NCBI GenBank assembly: GCA_951406725.2
Contig: OX597815.1
Coordinates: 174,468,001-174,532,000, forward strand
Origin: Octopus vulgaris
Lineage: Eukaryota
Reading direction: 5' to 3'
DNA length: 64,000 nucleotides
Shown here: positions 11,180 to 22,915 of the stretch, piece after piece
Position numbering within the stretch: the first letter of the stretch is position 1
How the letters are laid out: the number at the start of each line of letters is the position of its first letter
Notes under the pieces: generated by a model
What the model was told of the DNA's origin: nothing
The model's input: the letters and a program-made list of their open reading frames with translations, nothing else
The model's database searches: none
Made by a program: the position numbers and the translations under genes

Positions 11180-13986
11180 CAGAAGACTGGGTGTTGGCGG
11201 GAGTAACAGATTACAAACTCCAGACCAAATAACGTGTTCAGCCGCGTCTCGCGAACACGATTACAAAGGCGTTGCCACGGAGAATGTCCAGCGACACTAG
11301 CTGCGACAGCCACTTCACCTTGCAGGGCTCATTTCTCGGACGGACCGCAGTTATCCCGATTTTGCGGAAGAAATCAGCAGTGCGGGGTCCGAGAACACCT
11401 GAGGTCAGAACGGCGACAGGCACAAACTGATAGTGGCCGGTCAGATTCCTGTATTTGTTTGTCTTCCTCTCCTCAACGTTACGAGCGGCGATACCCGCGT
11501 TTTCGGCCGATGCAACAAGGCTGGAACCGGAGAACGTATCGCAGCATGTCGCGTCCCAGATTAAGGATTAGGGTTATTTCGTCGGGGCACTTACCATCCC
11601 TGCGGTCATGACCTACTGGCTCCAACTGTGACAGGAAGTCAGCCGCGTCGAGGTTCCTTCAATTTGTTATTCAGAGCGGCGTGTCGAGGGAACCGGCCAG
11701 CACTATGGCTGTAAGCTGAATTCATCGACTGTCGCTCCACATCGGCTTTTGTGTGGCTCACGCGTGAGGATACCGAAGCGCTGGGATGCTCCGATACGAA
11801 TGCATTCATCAAGAAGGGTACTTGATGTTAAGGAGGGCACCGAACTATTCCACGCGCCGCTGTTTGACAGCGAAGCGGAACAGAAGCAAATAATGCGGTG
11901 CTGGTTTAAGGATGTCTCAATCCGCCCGAAGACAGATTTGCATTTGATATCGTCACTGTTACGTTGAACATCTGTATTCTGGGGGACGGCAAGGTCTTCA
12001 ACGGTCCAATCGGCTAGAGCTGACTCCTGTTCCTGGTTAGGTCGGCAGAGCCAGTTCCAATGAGGAACGGCCACTGAATTTAACAGGTAATTTAGCCTGT
12101 TGCCAACCGCTGCTGTCAAAACTAACATTGCTGATCAGTTCAGCACAGCGCCTGATGGTGTCATCGATATCGCTGAGGTGATCTGTGAGAGGGCGACATG
12201 GCGCATTGCCTAGCTAGAAAGGGAGCTTAGGCAGGCAAAGCAATTCCTCGAGAGGAAGGGCACCGGGTGCGCTACAATAAGGCGCAGTCTCTCAGTCATC
12301 CTAGTCAAGTCCACATCCTTGGTCTCCAAGCACTCTGTTATGACTTTCGGGAAGATTGGGGAGCCAAGAATGCAGACAGCGTCCTGGCTGGATCCTAAGT
12401 TCGGCGTCCTGGAATTCAGCCTCACCTTAGCTCATGTTTATCACCTCCGACTTGGACCGGTTGATCTCAAGCCCACGAAGCTTTAGGGCTGGGATGGCCT
12501 GCTGAAGGTTCTCAACAACAGATTCAGTCGAATTACCCAGGGTCGCGTCATCCAGGTACCAGACATTGAGGAGTGAGAGGACTGATTGAGCAACTTATCC
12601 ACAGCCAACGCAAAAATGAGAGGATCAAGAGAATTACACTGCGAGACATTTGTGGAAGAAGTGATCCTGTTGTCAGCAGCCACGAGTGTGCTGAATGTTT
12701 CGGTGGAGAATTCCTCTCCTTCGCACGGTCGTTTACAAATGGTGACCCCGACGTGATACGCAGTCGTACGCGACGTAATTCGAACACGCAGCCCGGCGTT
12801 CACACGAACGTCTACAAATTGGTGACCCAGTACCAGCTTCACGACCAACCCACTTCTTCATCTTCGCCACAAAATGAATGGTAGGGGGCTATCTGTAGCG
12901 TACGCTTAAGGAAATTCCTCTCCTTCGCACGGTCGTTTACACTATTCTGGCGGCAAGTTACCAGCCTCCGCCCTTCTTAAATGCAGCAAGGTTGGCTGAG
13001 AAGAAATCTCGGGCATGGTGGAGGAGGCTCACACGAAGAAGACTATCTGTTACAACAGTGATAGATCAGGGCAAGCGTGCTCCCGCTTCAGTGTGACGTG
13101 ATTAAATATCTGAGGTGGCCGGGTCGCAGGCCATCTTCTCCGTTACTGCTGCTCGCAGAGAAGGATCTCAGGGCAGCAGCCACATTATCTATGGACACGA
13201 ACAAAGCCGTGTTACTGTCAGGGATTTTGAAATCTCTGATATCTGCAGGAGGGTCCGGATACTTGAGATGGAGATCAGTAAGAACATCCGTTGTAGGTTC
13301 GAGCACTGTGTCGCTTGAGGCCAGCACGCACACCACGGTTGAAACGCCAACCTCAATTAGTTTGCGATTGACCTGAACTCGAAACTTTTTTGCACAATCG
13401 GAAGGTACCTGCATGCACGATGTTGGTGCCAGTGGGTAGCCTGAGACAAGCGAGTAGCTGGTTGGTGAATAGTGGCTGAAGAAAGTGACACTGCAGATAA
13501 GCCTCGAAGTTATGGAGGGAACCGAACCCTCACTAGCCCTCAGGAACCCAAGAACAAGCGTCGCAAAACTGAATAATTTATTCCAGTCTTGCGAGTTGTT
13601 GGTAGCAAGTGCATGGCCTATAGACGACGCTAGGGCTTCGCTGCGTTGAGGATCTTGATGATGATTCTCTCCTACTGCTTGAGACGAGAGAGAGACACCA
13701 AGGCTTCGTCCAGACTGAGCGGGATCAAATCAACACCATGCCGCATCTCTGTATCCGTAGTGTCGCGAGGGTTATCTCTCCTCCCGACGTTAGGCAGCTC
13801 GGGCAGTACATCCGGGACAGGGATTCCAAGATACGTCGAGTGGGTTTGACGCAAGAGAGGTGGAAGAAATCGTTACAGTTAGAGCACTTTCTTCCCTTCT
13901 TCCGACTGTTGTGCGTAACGCAGATGTAACACTGCCCCTGCATTGCGGGAGGACATGTGGAAGACGTTTGGGCATAACCAGAGTTA

Positions 13987-13990
<4 letters not shown>
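11180..13990 (-). mobile_element. Decayed CRE-clade (RLE-type) non-LTR retrotransposon: PHD finger, RT, CCHC knuckle, restriction-like endonuclease
   Basis: Frameshifted fragments in order: CYIC..KCSNCNDFFHLSC..YCPSC (PHD); SSNGEDGLRPGHL; DPLIFALAV; WYLDDATLG (YLDD at 12547-12558); ILGSPI; SGAW; RFPRHAALN; GKCPD..WDATC; PVAVLTSGVLGP..ILRGNA. GC-rich relative to its flanks. Confidence 0.88.
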
Positions 13991-14062
<72 letters not shown>

Positions 14063-14074
14063 CTTTATTTAAAG

Positions 14075-14203
14075 CAGCAGAAAATTCAACAAAACCTGTT
14101 ACTCTGAGTTTCCCGTTGCCGTTCATCGGACATTCTAGCACAACCTGTCCGTTGAACGGCAACGGGAAACTCAGAGTAACAGGTTTTGTTGAATTTTCTG
14201 CTG
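14075..14203. mobile_element. Fold-back element (58-bp arms) carrying minimal hammerhead-like motifs, next to (TA)n
   Basis: Arms 14075-14132 and 14146-14203 differ at one base. Plus arm: ACCTGT-CCGTTGA-ACG(GCAA)CGG-GAAACT(CAG)AGTA^ACAGGT. The minus arm has CCGATGA. Confidence 0.8.
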
Positions 14204-14377
14204 GTCCCGGTGCGCGCACTCGAGTACTCGTGCATCCACGCTAGCTAGTTGTGACTAGTCGATCCTTACTTTGTGTTCTCGTGTTTTATTTACTTTGCTA
14301 GGTAGCCGTTGTAGGATTGACTAGTCACGACTAGCTAGTGCGGATGCGCGAATAAGCAAGTGCGCGCACAGGGACCA
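14202..14377. repeat. GC-rich imperfect hairpin (about 67-bp arms): MITE or 5' end of the CRE element
   Basis: TGGTCCCGGTGCGCGCACT...GACTAGTCGATCCT pairs with AGGATTGACTAGTC...AGTGCGCGCACAGGGACCA with about 10 mismatches, mostly transitions. Confidence 0.8.
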
Positions 14378-14393
14378 CTCTTCTTAAGTAGTA

Positions 14394-14444
<51 letters not shown>

Positions 14445-15679
14445 CTATATATACACACATAAACATACATGCACATATGCACGTACGTACGTACGTATGT
14501 GTGTATATATATGTATGTATACATGTATGTAAACTGTTCGTTAATTTGGTTTGAGAGTAGCGATCCGAGTATATATATACACATATAAGTATAATAAATA
14601 TATTGTGTGTTATGTAAACAAAATATATGAGTTAACATGAACTGAAATTTTAAAAAAAAGATAAATATTTTTAGATATGATTAAGTATCTGGCGCGATAT
14701 TCTGATGTTTATGTAACTCCACCCGCCTCTACCTCCACAAGGGAAATAAGATCGAAAGCGAAAGAGAAATAAAGTGATTGTTTTTTTTTTACTCTCACAA
14801 ATTGATGACATTAGCCATTATTGTTTTCTATTTTAAGCATATAATAATGACGTTTTTAACATTGATCTGTCCAGCTTCAATGAAAGGGCATCAGTTCACA
14901 ATATCCAGAGGAAATAACTATTAAAAGGCTGTCTAATAACTACTATGGTAGGGAGTTGCTGCATTTATTGTTGTTGTTACTACTGCTGCTCCTGCTGTAA
15001 TAGTAGACATCTCGGTAATAATACCACTTGATTTGGAGTTGTATGAAAGCAGCAAAGAGGCTGGGTAGCCTTATATCTTCTGATGAAGAAAAACATTTAT
15101 ATCTATGAAACAATCAAGCAGAAAACCTGTTCTGAATAGTTTCTTATTTTTGATTACTCAATTTAACAAAAAAAAGCTAATAATTCGCCATAATTAGATA
15201 TGTTTAATGTGAAGTTACTATAGCAGAAAACAGCCGAATGACTCAAGAGGACTAAACAATCGATTAATAACAAATATTTGAATTGATGTTATTGTTGTAG
15301 TTTATTGCTATTGTCATATTCGGGTCCAGCTTGTTCGTGTTTGTAATTGTAATTCAGTGGATTGATATTTTACACTTGTCTATAAATTTACCAAGATATA
15401 ACAGTGATTGTTTCCCCTCATCCTCATTACTTAGCATCCTCTCTCCACCCGGTGCAAGACATTTTAAGTTGTCAGCTTTTTTTTTTTTACCACTTTCGCC
15501 AAATTGCCATCGTTGGAATTATAAATACGTGCAGTTGGTAGTTTTATTTGATTTCCTGTCAACTGTTTTGGCGCAACGTACTCGCCTCTCGGCAATTAAC
15601 ACTTAATCACTGACTTCGACAGATCACCGACTTCTTCCTAGCAACTTAGCTTCTTATTTTGTGTTCATGACTCATAGTT

Positions 15680-15975
15680 GCAATACTCCGGCGGCCATTT
15701 TCGACCATAAACATGCTTTAAAACAGTAAAATATAAATAAAATCAAAAGAAGTAAGGAAGAAAAAAAGGCAGCAACATATAAAAATAGCATCAAATTTTT
15801 TTCCCAGCGTGATCTTCGGCTTTTAACTTGATTACTTCAGTAGTAAAAACAGAGACAACTCCCTCAGGTAACAAGTGTGATTCAAGGTGGAGGCTTGTAA
15901 GAAGACAAACAACACGTGCCCTTAAGAGTTGCAGCTATTTTGTCTGGCGCCGATATTGGAAAACGGAAGCAGTTT
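15680..15975. promoter_or_regulatory. Probable Ro60 promoter region (YY1-like, E-box and ETS-like motifs)
   Basis: GCGGCCATTTT near 15691, CACGTG near 15913 and ACGGAAG near 15963 in CpG-retaining unique DNA 200-450 bp upstream of the ATG. Confidence 0.45.
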
Positions 15976-16148
15976 AGCTTCTCGCTCAGCTGTTCAAGAT
16001 CTTTTATTGTTAAATAATACTCGTTTCACATCAGCTTTTGTTTGGCAGTGCTAGCCTGGTTGCTGGATGGCTTGTTAAAATTATTAGACATAGAAAACCT
16101 TTTCTGAATTCAGTGTTTTAAAATAAGGGTTCTGAAAAGAAAGGAATA

Positions 16149-16656
16149 ATGAGTATAGAAGCAGATGACCTGTGGAAACTAAATCGTTTCTTGTCTATTG
16201 GAACTGAAGGGCCTTTATATGAATTTGGAGAACAAATCCTCAAAAAAGAAAGCGCTCCAACTATTTCAAAACTGATTGAAGATGGGAAAGGTAAAGAAGT
16301 TGTCAAAGAGGTACTTGCATATACCAAAGAAGGTAAATCGATTCGTAAAACCCCATTGCTTTTTTGTCTGGCTCTCTGTACACGGAGTTCTGATAAAATA
16401 GCAAAACGAGATGCCTACAAGGCTTTGGCTGAGGTTTGTACTTTACCGACCGACTTATTCACATTTATAGCCTTTTCTCAGACTTTAAACAACCCTTCTA
16501 AAGGATGGGGTAAACTTCAGAGAAAGACCATTAGTTCCTGGTACAATTCCAAGGATCCCAAACAGCTAGCTGAGAATGCAACACGTTATAAATCCAAAGC
16601 CGGTTGGACGCATAAGGATGTTTTGCGTTTAACCCATACAAAAGCTTCTAATGATG
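16149..16656 (+). CDS. RO60: Ro60 (60 kDa SS-A/Ro, TROVE domain) family protein, first coding exon
   Basis: LNRFLSIGTEG..LIEDGKGKEVV..PLLFCLALC..EVCTLPTDLFTFI..WG..WYNSK..YKSKAGWTHKDVLRLTH aligns with the Ro60 N-terminal HEAT ring. Ends G|GTAAGT (donor at 16657, phase 1). An upstream in-frame TAA lies at 16119-16121. Confidence 0.93.
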
Positions 16657-19600
16657 GTAAGTTAGAAACATTATTATTATTATTGTTGTTGTAAATGCAA
16701 CAGTTAACTTATTCTGTTTACCTAAGAAAAAGAAGTAAATCGATAAAACAAATAATGTCAATTTTTCTATCACTATAATTACTTTTATAGAGAAATAGCT
16801 TGTCCTGTTCCTAATGTCAACACAGATTCCCACGCATTAGAGTCAACCTTTCTGAATTGTCAAATGAATTGATTATCAATTCTCTGTTTGTAATATCTCA
16901 CCTGTTATCTCGATTGTATATACATAATGCGTGTGTGTAGAAGCGAAAGAGATCGCGATGCACTGTACCAGTTAATTTCACAAAGTTTATAGTATTTCTA
17001 CATCTATTGTAATCGACAGATTCTGATTTGTTTGAAACAACCTGAAATACTGTTATGTGAATGGCATCATTTGAACAAAGCTTTTGACAAGCAACGATGT
17101 TTAAGTACCAATTATGTAAGTTGCAAACAAAAATAAATAAATAAAAATACTAACAAAAGCGTAGTATGAACGTAATTAAAACAAAGAAAACTATCTGATT
17201 CTCACTGGTATTTTCAATATATATTAACATTGATCAATATGAAATAAACTATTAGCAGCTTACTTATTTCGATACAGGTAAATTAGTCTCGAATGTTGTA
17301 AGATGAATTATTTTGGTAGTAAAGAAAGTGCTTAAGACTTCAGAATTTGAATAAATATTTTCTGAGAGATGAAAAAAAATGAATGAATTTAAGATTATAT
17401 TTCTCAAAACTATGCTTTTATTCGGACAAACGTATATTTAATTTCTTGACCAATTTATGAATACACACGTTTTAGCCATACAAATGCACGTGTTACTTAA
17501 GATTATTCTTCGATAAAATACACGATATGTATGTTTATTTTCATTTACATCGGATTTGGGCTAATATCTAAAACAAAAGCCAAGAAACTGGCTTCTATCG
17601 TATAATCATAGTAATCTATTCGTAATCCATTGGTTGCGTACTAGAATAATAGCTTGCGAGTTTGCTTTTATAACGGCCTATGTCGACTTTCTAATTAAGC
17701 TGCCTATAGTGCACGTATCTAGCGTAAGCACACCGGTGAGATAACGATTTCAACGTTGTAAACTTTCTGCTGGCATCTGTAAATGGATGTAACCGTTTAA
17801 GTAGTTTCCTCTTTAAATATTAAACACACTAATATGGCGAACACCTTTGGCAGTTGATGAATTTTCCGCTAATCGAGCCCGTCACTCGATTTCGATTCCT
17901 CTTTTGACACTATAATACAAGATACAAGTACATTTGTATTTTTATTGCGTGTGAGACTTTCTCATCCCATGAACATTCTACACGCCGTTTACTTCGACTT
18001 GGAAACCCAAGTCAACGAGAAAACACTAGTGTTGTCTTACTCAGACTGCTGTTTTAATTCTCGACTATATAGATTTAGTTTTCACACCTCTAGGGTTAAT
18101 TAAATATGTGTCAAGGGGACCGTTTGTAATATAGTAGAACTATAAAACTGTTAAGATGTTTGGTACAGCTGTTTAATAATTCCCTGGCTTCTGTTTAAAA
18201 TGCCATCAAAGCAAGAAAACAAACTTGCAATAGCCGAACTTGCATCCTACCCGAACAAAGAAGTGAATTTCGACCACTTAAAGTTATGCGGACTAAGCTT
18301 GCAAATGGCTTAAAAGATAAGATAAAAATGTGTCCTTTTGCAGTCTGGAGAGATGATGTTGCCCTTGGCTTTTTTAGGCCCTTCTACCCTGGGGAACTTG
18401 ATAACTGGGTGTGCTTAGTGCTTGTGAGAGATATAACGTGGAGTATGAGAGTACTTTAAGTGGGAAAGGTGAGGTTGCATAGCTGTCAATTTACCCTGTC
18501 AAAGCCATTGATGCAGACTAACAGTGGGTCAACATTTGAAGGGCGGTAGTGAATGTTTATATTTAGGATGGATATCAGAATTTATTAATGCATGCATAAA
18601 CCAAAAGTCATTAGCACGCACACACTTATATACACATATACGTGCATCTACTCTGTTTTCAATTGCTGATGGAATTTTGTTTCTTTCTATTCTATATATT
18701 CAAGACTATATTTATTATACTTAAAGAGAGAGAGAGAGATTGATGAAAACTGATGGTGGTTTGCATCGGCAAATCTTATAATAGTGAAGTTTATACGAGT
18801 TTGGACACGTTTGTATACCCATTGAAGAATAGGGATCAGGAGTTTCTAGGCTAACAGTGCATTTAAGAAAAAAAAAAAAAAAAATTTCTAACTATCTATA
18901 TATTTCTTAAGCCTTCCTTTTAAATGTTAACACTGTTAGACTTTTCAATGAATAATAATGTGATGGAGCTTGTTTTGAAAGTATTTATTTATTTTCATTC
19001 TATGTAAGCAGTAAATTTGCATTTTTCTGCAAATTTCCTCCCAAGCGGTTCTAAATCAAAATTTATTTGCGAAGTATGGGAATGATTGATTATATGGTTT
19101 AAAACATAAAAACAAGACGATTTTTTCCAAACAGTTTTTCTACCTTCGATATTTGTATATACAGTAGATACATGAATATGTTGGAAACTCATTAGGGAAT
19201 TATAATAAAGACTAATCGATACTGTATTGCCGAAAAATTGTCAAGTGTATCGTTAAAAAGTTAAGCATTGATTGTTTTATGTTGTTTATTTAGACCAGGG
19301 TTTTCTCATAAGGGTAGGGGGAGTCTGAGGATTGAACAAGAGGTCGGACAAATCACCATGTTTAATAAGACATGGTTTCAAACTTTTTAAACTTGGTTCA
19401 TCACTATGGTGAAGAAAGAAGTATATAGATGCTCTCTGTTTTGTCTTCTCATTAATAAATTGTGTGTAGGGTGGTGATTTCACTTATACCCGGGCCTGGT
19501 ATATTTTGTCAATCTTCATTGAGTAAACCTCTGAAGAAAGTCGTTTTAGATATGACAACCCGAATTGTTTTATAACATTACCTAATGAGTCCGTTCTTTT

Positions 19601-19800
19601 TAAGATGCTATGGTCTGATTTGAAAGAATGTGTTTATTATTTCTAGCAGGTTGAGAGACACCGTAAGGACTCTATAATTGTGTAGTAAAATGTATGGCCC
19701 TATAGTAAAATTTAGAAAATCTAAAGTATTAGAATATTGTTTACATGATGATATTTCGTCTAAACTAGGCCTTATTCTCTTTATTTACATATATATATAA

Positions 19801-20070
19801 AAGTACACAAACGGAGTTTAAAATTTACAACAGCTGTTTCAATAGAATTTTATTAATATATTTATTGATTACTTTATAGCATATATTCCACCATCTTCAG
19901 ATAAAATTTTGTATCCAATATGTTAGTTGGATTTGTCATCTCACCTGTTTATACCTGTTTAAAATTTTATCTGAAGATGGTAGATTACATGCTATAATGT
20001 TTTCTCTGAATACATCAATAAAATTCTACCAAAACAGCTGTCATAAACTTTGAACCCCATTTGTGTTTTC
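19801..20070. mobile_element. Diverged fold-back element with two opposed hammerhead motifs
   Basis: Minus 19824-19905: TTTAT-CTGAAGA..GAAAC-AGCT-GTT^GTAAA. Plus 19966-20047: TTTAT-CTGAAGA-TGGTAGA..TCTACC-AAAAC-AGCT-GTC^ATAAA (G12A). Confidence 0.75.
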
Positions 20071-20869
20071 TTTTATGCCTGTACCTCACCAAGAACCAGT
20101 CCTGAGTTAGATCCAGTTTAAATTGGATTTGGTACTTACATATCTACAGTTCACTACTAACACATGATACCTTCATGATTATTTTACTTCACTGTGAACC
20201 CTATGTTATTGTACCAAGCCATTTCAGGTGTCTTCCATGTTGACATGCCTAGATTCTAATGAATCCTTTAGCTACACACACACACACACACACACACACA
20301 TCAAATCAATCGATTAGAAACAATGAACATTAAGAGTTTTCCCATGGTTTAGAATCTTCTTGGACTTTTGTGATAAGAAAAAAAAATCACTTTAACCATA
20401 AGAATTCATTTCCACTGTTGTTATTTAGTTCTCCATCTGCCATTTGAGTAAACCCCTGATCATCGCCCACCTTTTTTTCAGACTTTATATACCTACAACT
20501 GTTTTATACCTTCATAATAAAAAACTTTCTAAAGATGCTCAAAATCATCATGTGGGATGTCTTGTAATTCTATACTGTTAACATAGTCAAACTTTTATCA
20601 TTTTTATTATCTTTATCTTGTGCTTCAACCTCAAATTGCTAATCCTTCTACAAATTCAAATCTTAATATCTTATAAGTATTAAAATTTTCTCATATTTTC
20701 ACTGATTTTACATTCTTCATCATAAGTTGATTTGCACTTGTTCCTAGTTATCTAAAATATTTTCAAAGAAAATAGTTTCACTTTCCTTAACCCGTATTAC
20801 TTAACCTCCCACACACACACTTTTATTCTTCATTCATCTTCTGCATTTTTCTTTTCTTTTAAGTATCAT

Positions 20870-21690
20870 CATCACCATCATTTTAATGTCCACTTTTCTA
20901 TGATTGCTTGTGTTGGATGAAATTTTCTTGAGCTAGAGTTTCTGTGGCTGGATGCCCTTACTTTATGCCAATCATCACCTGTTATCAAGTAAGCTAATAT
21001 TTCCCCATAACCAGATAACGTTTTCACAGAAGATTGAAAGCAAGAAGACAGTAGCATATGCACACACACACACACATACACATATAAGTATGCCAGTAAA
21101 ATTATGTCACATTATAATCACTTGTGCCAGTACCACATACAGGCACTCATGTTGGTGGCACATTAAAAGCACCCAGCGCACACTGTAGAGTGGTTGGCAT
21201 TAGGAAAGGCATCCAACTGTAGAAACCATGCTAAAGCAGACTGGAACCTAGTGCAGCTTGCCAACTGGTCAAACTGTTCTTCCTACATCATCATGGAAAA
21301 ACAGACATTAGAGGATGATGATGGTGATGATGATCTATACATACATACATACAATGGGCTTCTTTCATTCTCCATTTAGCAAATCTATTCACAAAGCTTT
21401 GGTCAGGCCAGTGTTATAGTAGAAACACTTGCTCATGGTGCCATGCAGTGGAGCAGAACCTGAAACCATGTGATTGGGGAGCAAACCCCTTACTAATCAG
21501 CTATACTTGTGTCTATATATATCATCATCATCATCGTTTAATGTCCGTTTTCCGCGCTAGCATGGGTTGGACGGTTCGACCGGGGTCTGGGGAGCCAGGG
21601 GCTGCCCCAGGCTCCAGTCTGATCTGGCAGTGTTTCTACAGCTGGATGCCCTTCCTAACGCCAACCACTCCGCGAGTGTAGTGGGTGCTT
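20870..21690. mobile_element. Cluster of SINE fragments in both orientations
   Basis: RTE-tail pieces at about 20870-21050 (-), 21150-21330 (+) and 21522-21690 (-); CORE-SINE head at about 21355-21490 (-). Confidence 0.75.
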
Positions 21691-22532
21691 AGAGAGTATT
21701 CAATGTAGTAATGTCGATTATGATTGGAGAGTTTCATGCCTCAGGCAAATATGGCTAGGTCTTACATATGTAATATAGTGAGTTGATAAACGTCTATAAA
21801 ATGAGATTATCTAAGTAATTAGTTGACAAAAACTCCTTTAAAAAGTCTTTAAAATCAGAAACAAAAAGATATGAAGATAACTTTAATGCTACAATATGCC
21901 TTGTCTATTTTGTCCAAACATTTCAATCAGCTGATCTTATTGAAATTAGCTCCCTTGCTTTTAGAGTTTAAAAACCCTCTGAAGGAGTATTTCTTTTCTA
22001 CTTACTTCAAAAATCTCAATTGATCAATGTTTTTCAAGTATATTATGAGATTCTACCACATTTGTGTTTAAGTCATTGTTGATATTCATAATCAGTACCA
22101 CTATTATATATCTATTCTAAATATATTGAACATTAATCATACCAACTGAATCAAATATTGTTCACTGAAGGGGGTCTAATAAGACCAAAAAATAAAGTTC
22201 ATTGTTTTCACCCAAGTAGATGGCATTAAAGACCAAATGCACTCCAACATACATTATCTATACAAATTATCATTTAACTATAGTAGAAGCTATATATTTG
22301 GTGAAAGCCAGTTGTCTTTCACTAAATGTTTGTGAAGCAAAGGATATATTAGCAAAATAGCTAGTTGCCTTGTGAGCTTTGGTATTGCAGGCTTTGCATT
22401 TCTACAAGAATGCTTCTGAATACTTTCAGCTCTGCTCTAAGTATCTATTTCTGTTTGATAAGGGGTTTTCAACCCCAAATACCACATTATACAAAATGGT
22501 TGTCTATTGTTTTATATTTTTAAAAAATGCAT

Positions 22533-22915
22533 ACTCTTTACTCTTTTACTTGTTTCAGTCATTTGACTGCGGCCATACTAGAGCACCGCCTTTAGTCAAG
22601 CAAATTGACCCCAGTACTTATTCTTTGTGAGCCTAGTACTTATTCTATCGGTCTCTTTTGCCGAACTGCTAAGTTACGGGGACGTAAACACACCAGTTGT
22701 TGAGCGTTGTTGGGGGGACAAACACACACACACACACACATACATATATACAACGGGCTTCTTTCAGATTCTGTCTACCAATTCCACTCACAAGGCTTTG
22801 GTCGGCCCGAAGCTATAGTAGAAGACACTTACCCAAGGTGCCACGCAGTAGGACTGAACCTGGAACCATGTGGTTGGTAAGCAAGCTACTTACCACACAG
22901 CCGCTCCTACGCCTA
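22533..22915 (-). mobile_element. Full-length CORE-type SINE
   Basis: Colinear with 8583-8978. Confidence 0.9.

Noticed and set aside
14200-14326. Y RNA-like ends (GCTGGTCC...TTGACTAGTC) 1.8 kb upstream of Ro60
   Set aside because: Tempting given the neighbour, but the 5' GCTG belongs to the adjacent inverted repeat, GGUCCGA is not matched, there is no oligo-T terminator or visible PSE/TATA, and TTGACTAGTC pairs better within the long hairpin. An Infernal Y_RNA search would settle it.
14377-14391. Resemblance to the R2 28S rDNA target site (CTCTTAAGGTAG)
   Set aside because: Short gapped match with no other rDNA sequence nearby.
15077-15118. CTGATGA...GAAAC hammerhead-like spacing
   Set aside because: Only 3-bp stems, poor stem II register and no inverted-repeat context; may be chance.
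16657-16694. C-terminal KLETLLLLLLL of the 181-aa ORF
   Set aside because: Intron read-through beyond the GTAAGT donor into (TTA)n.
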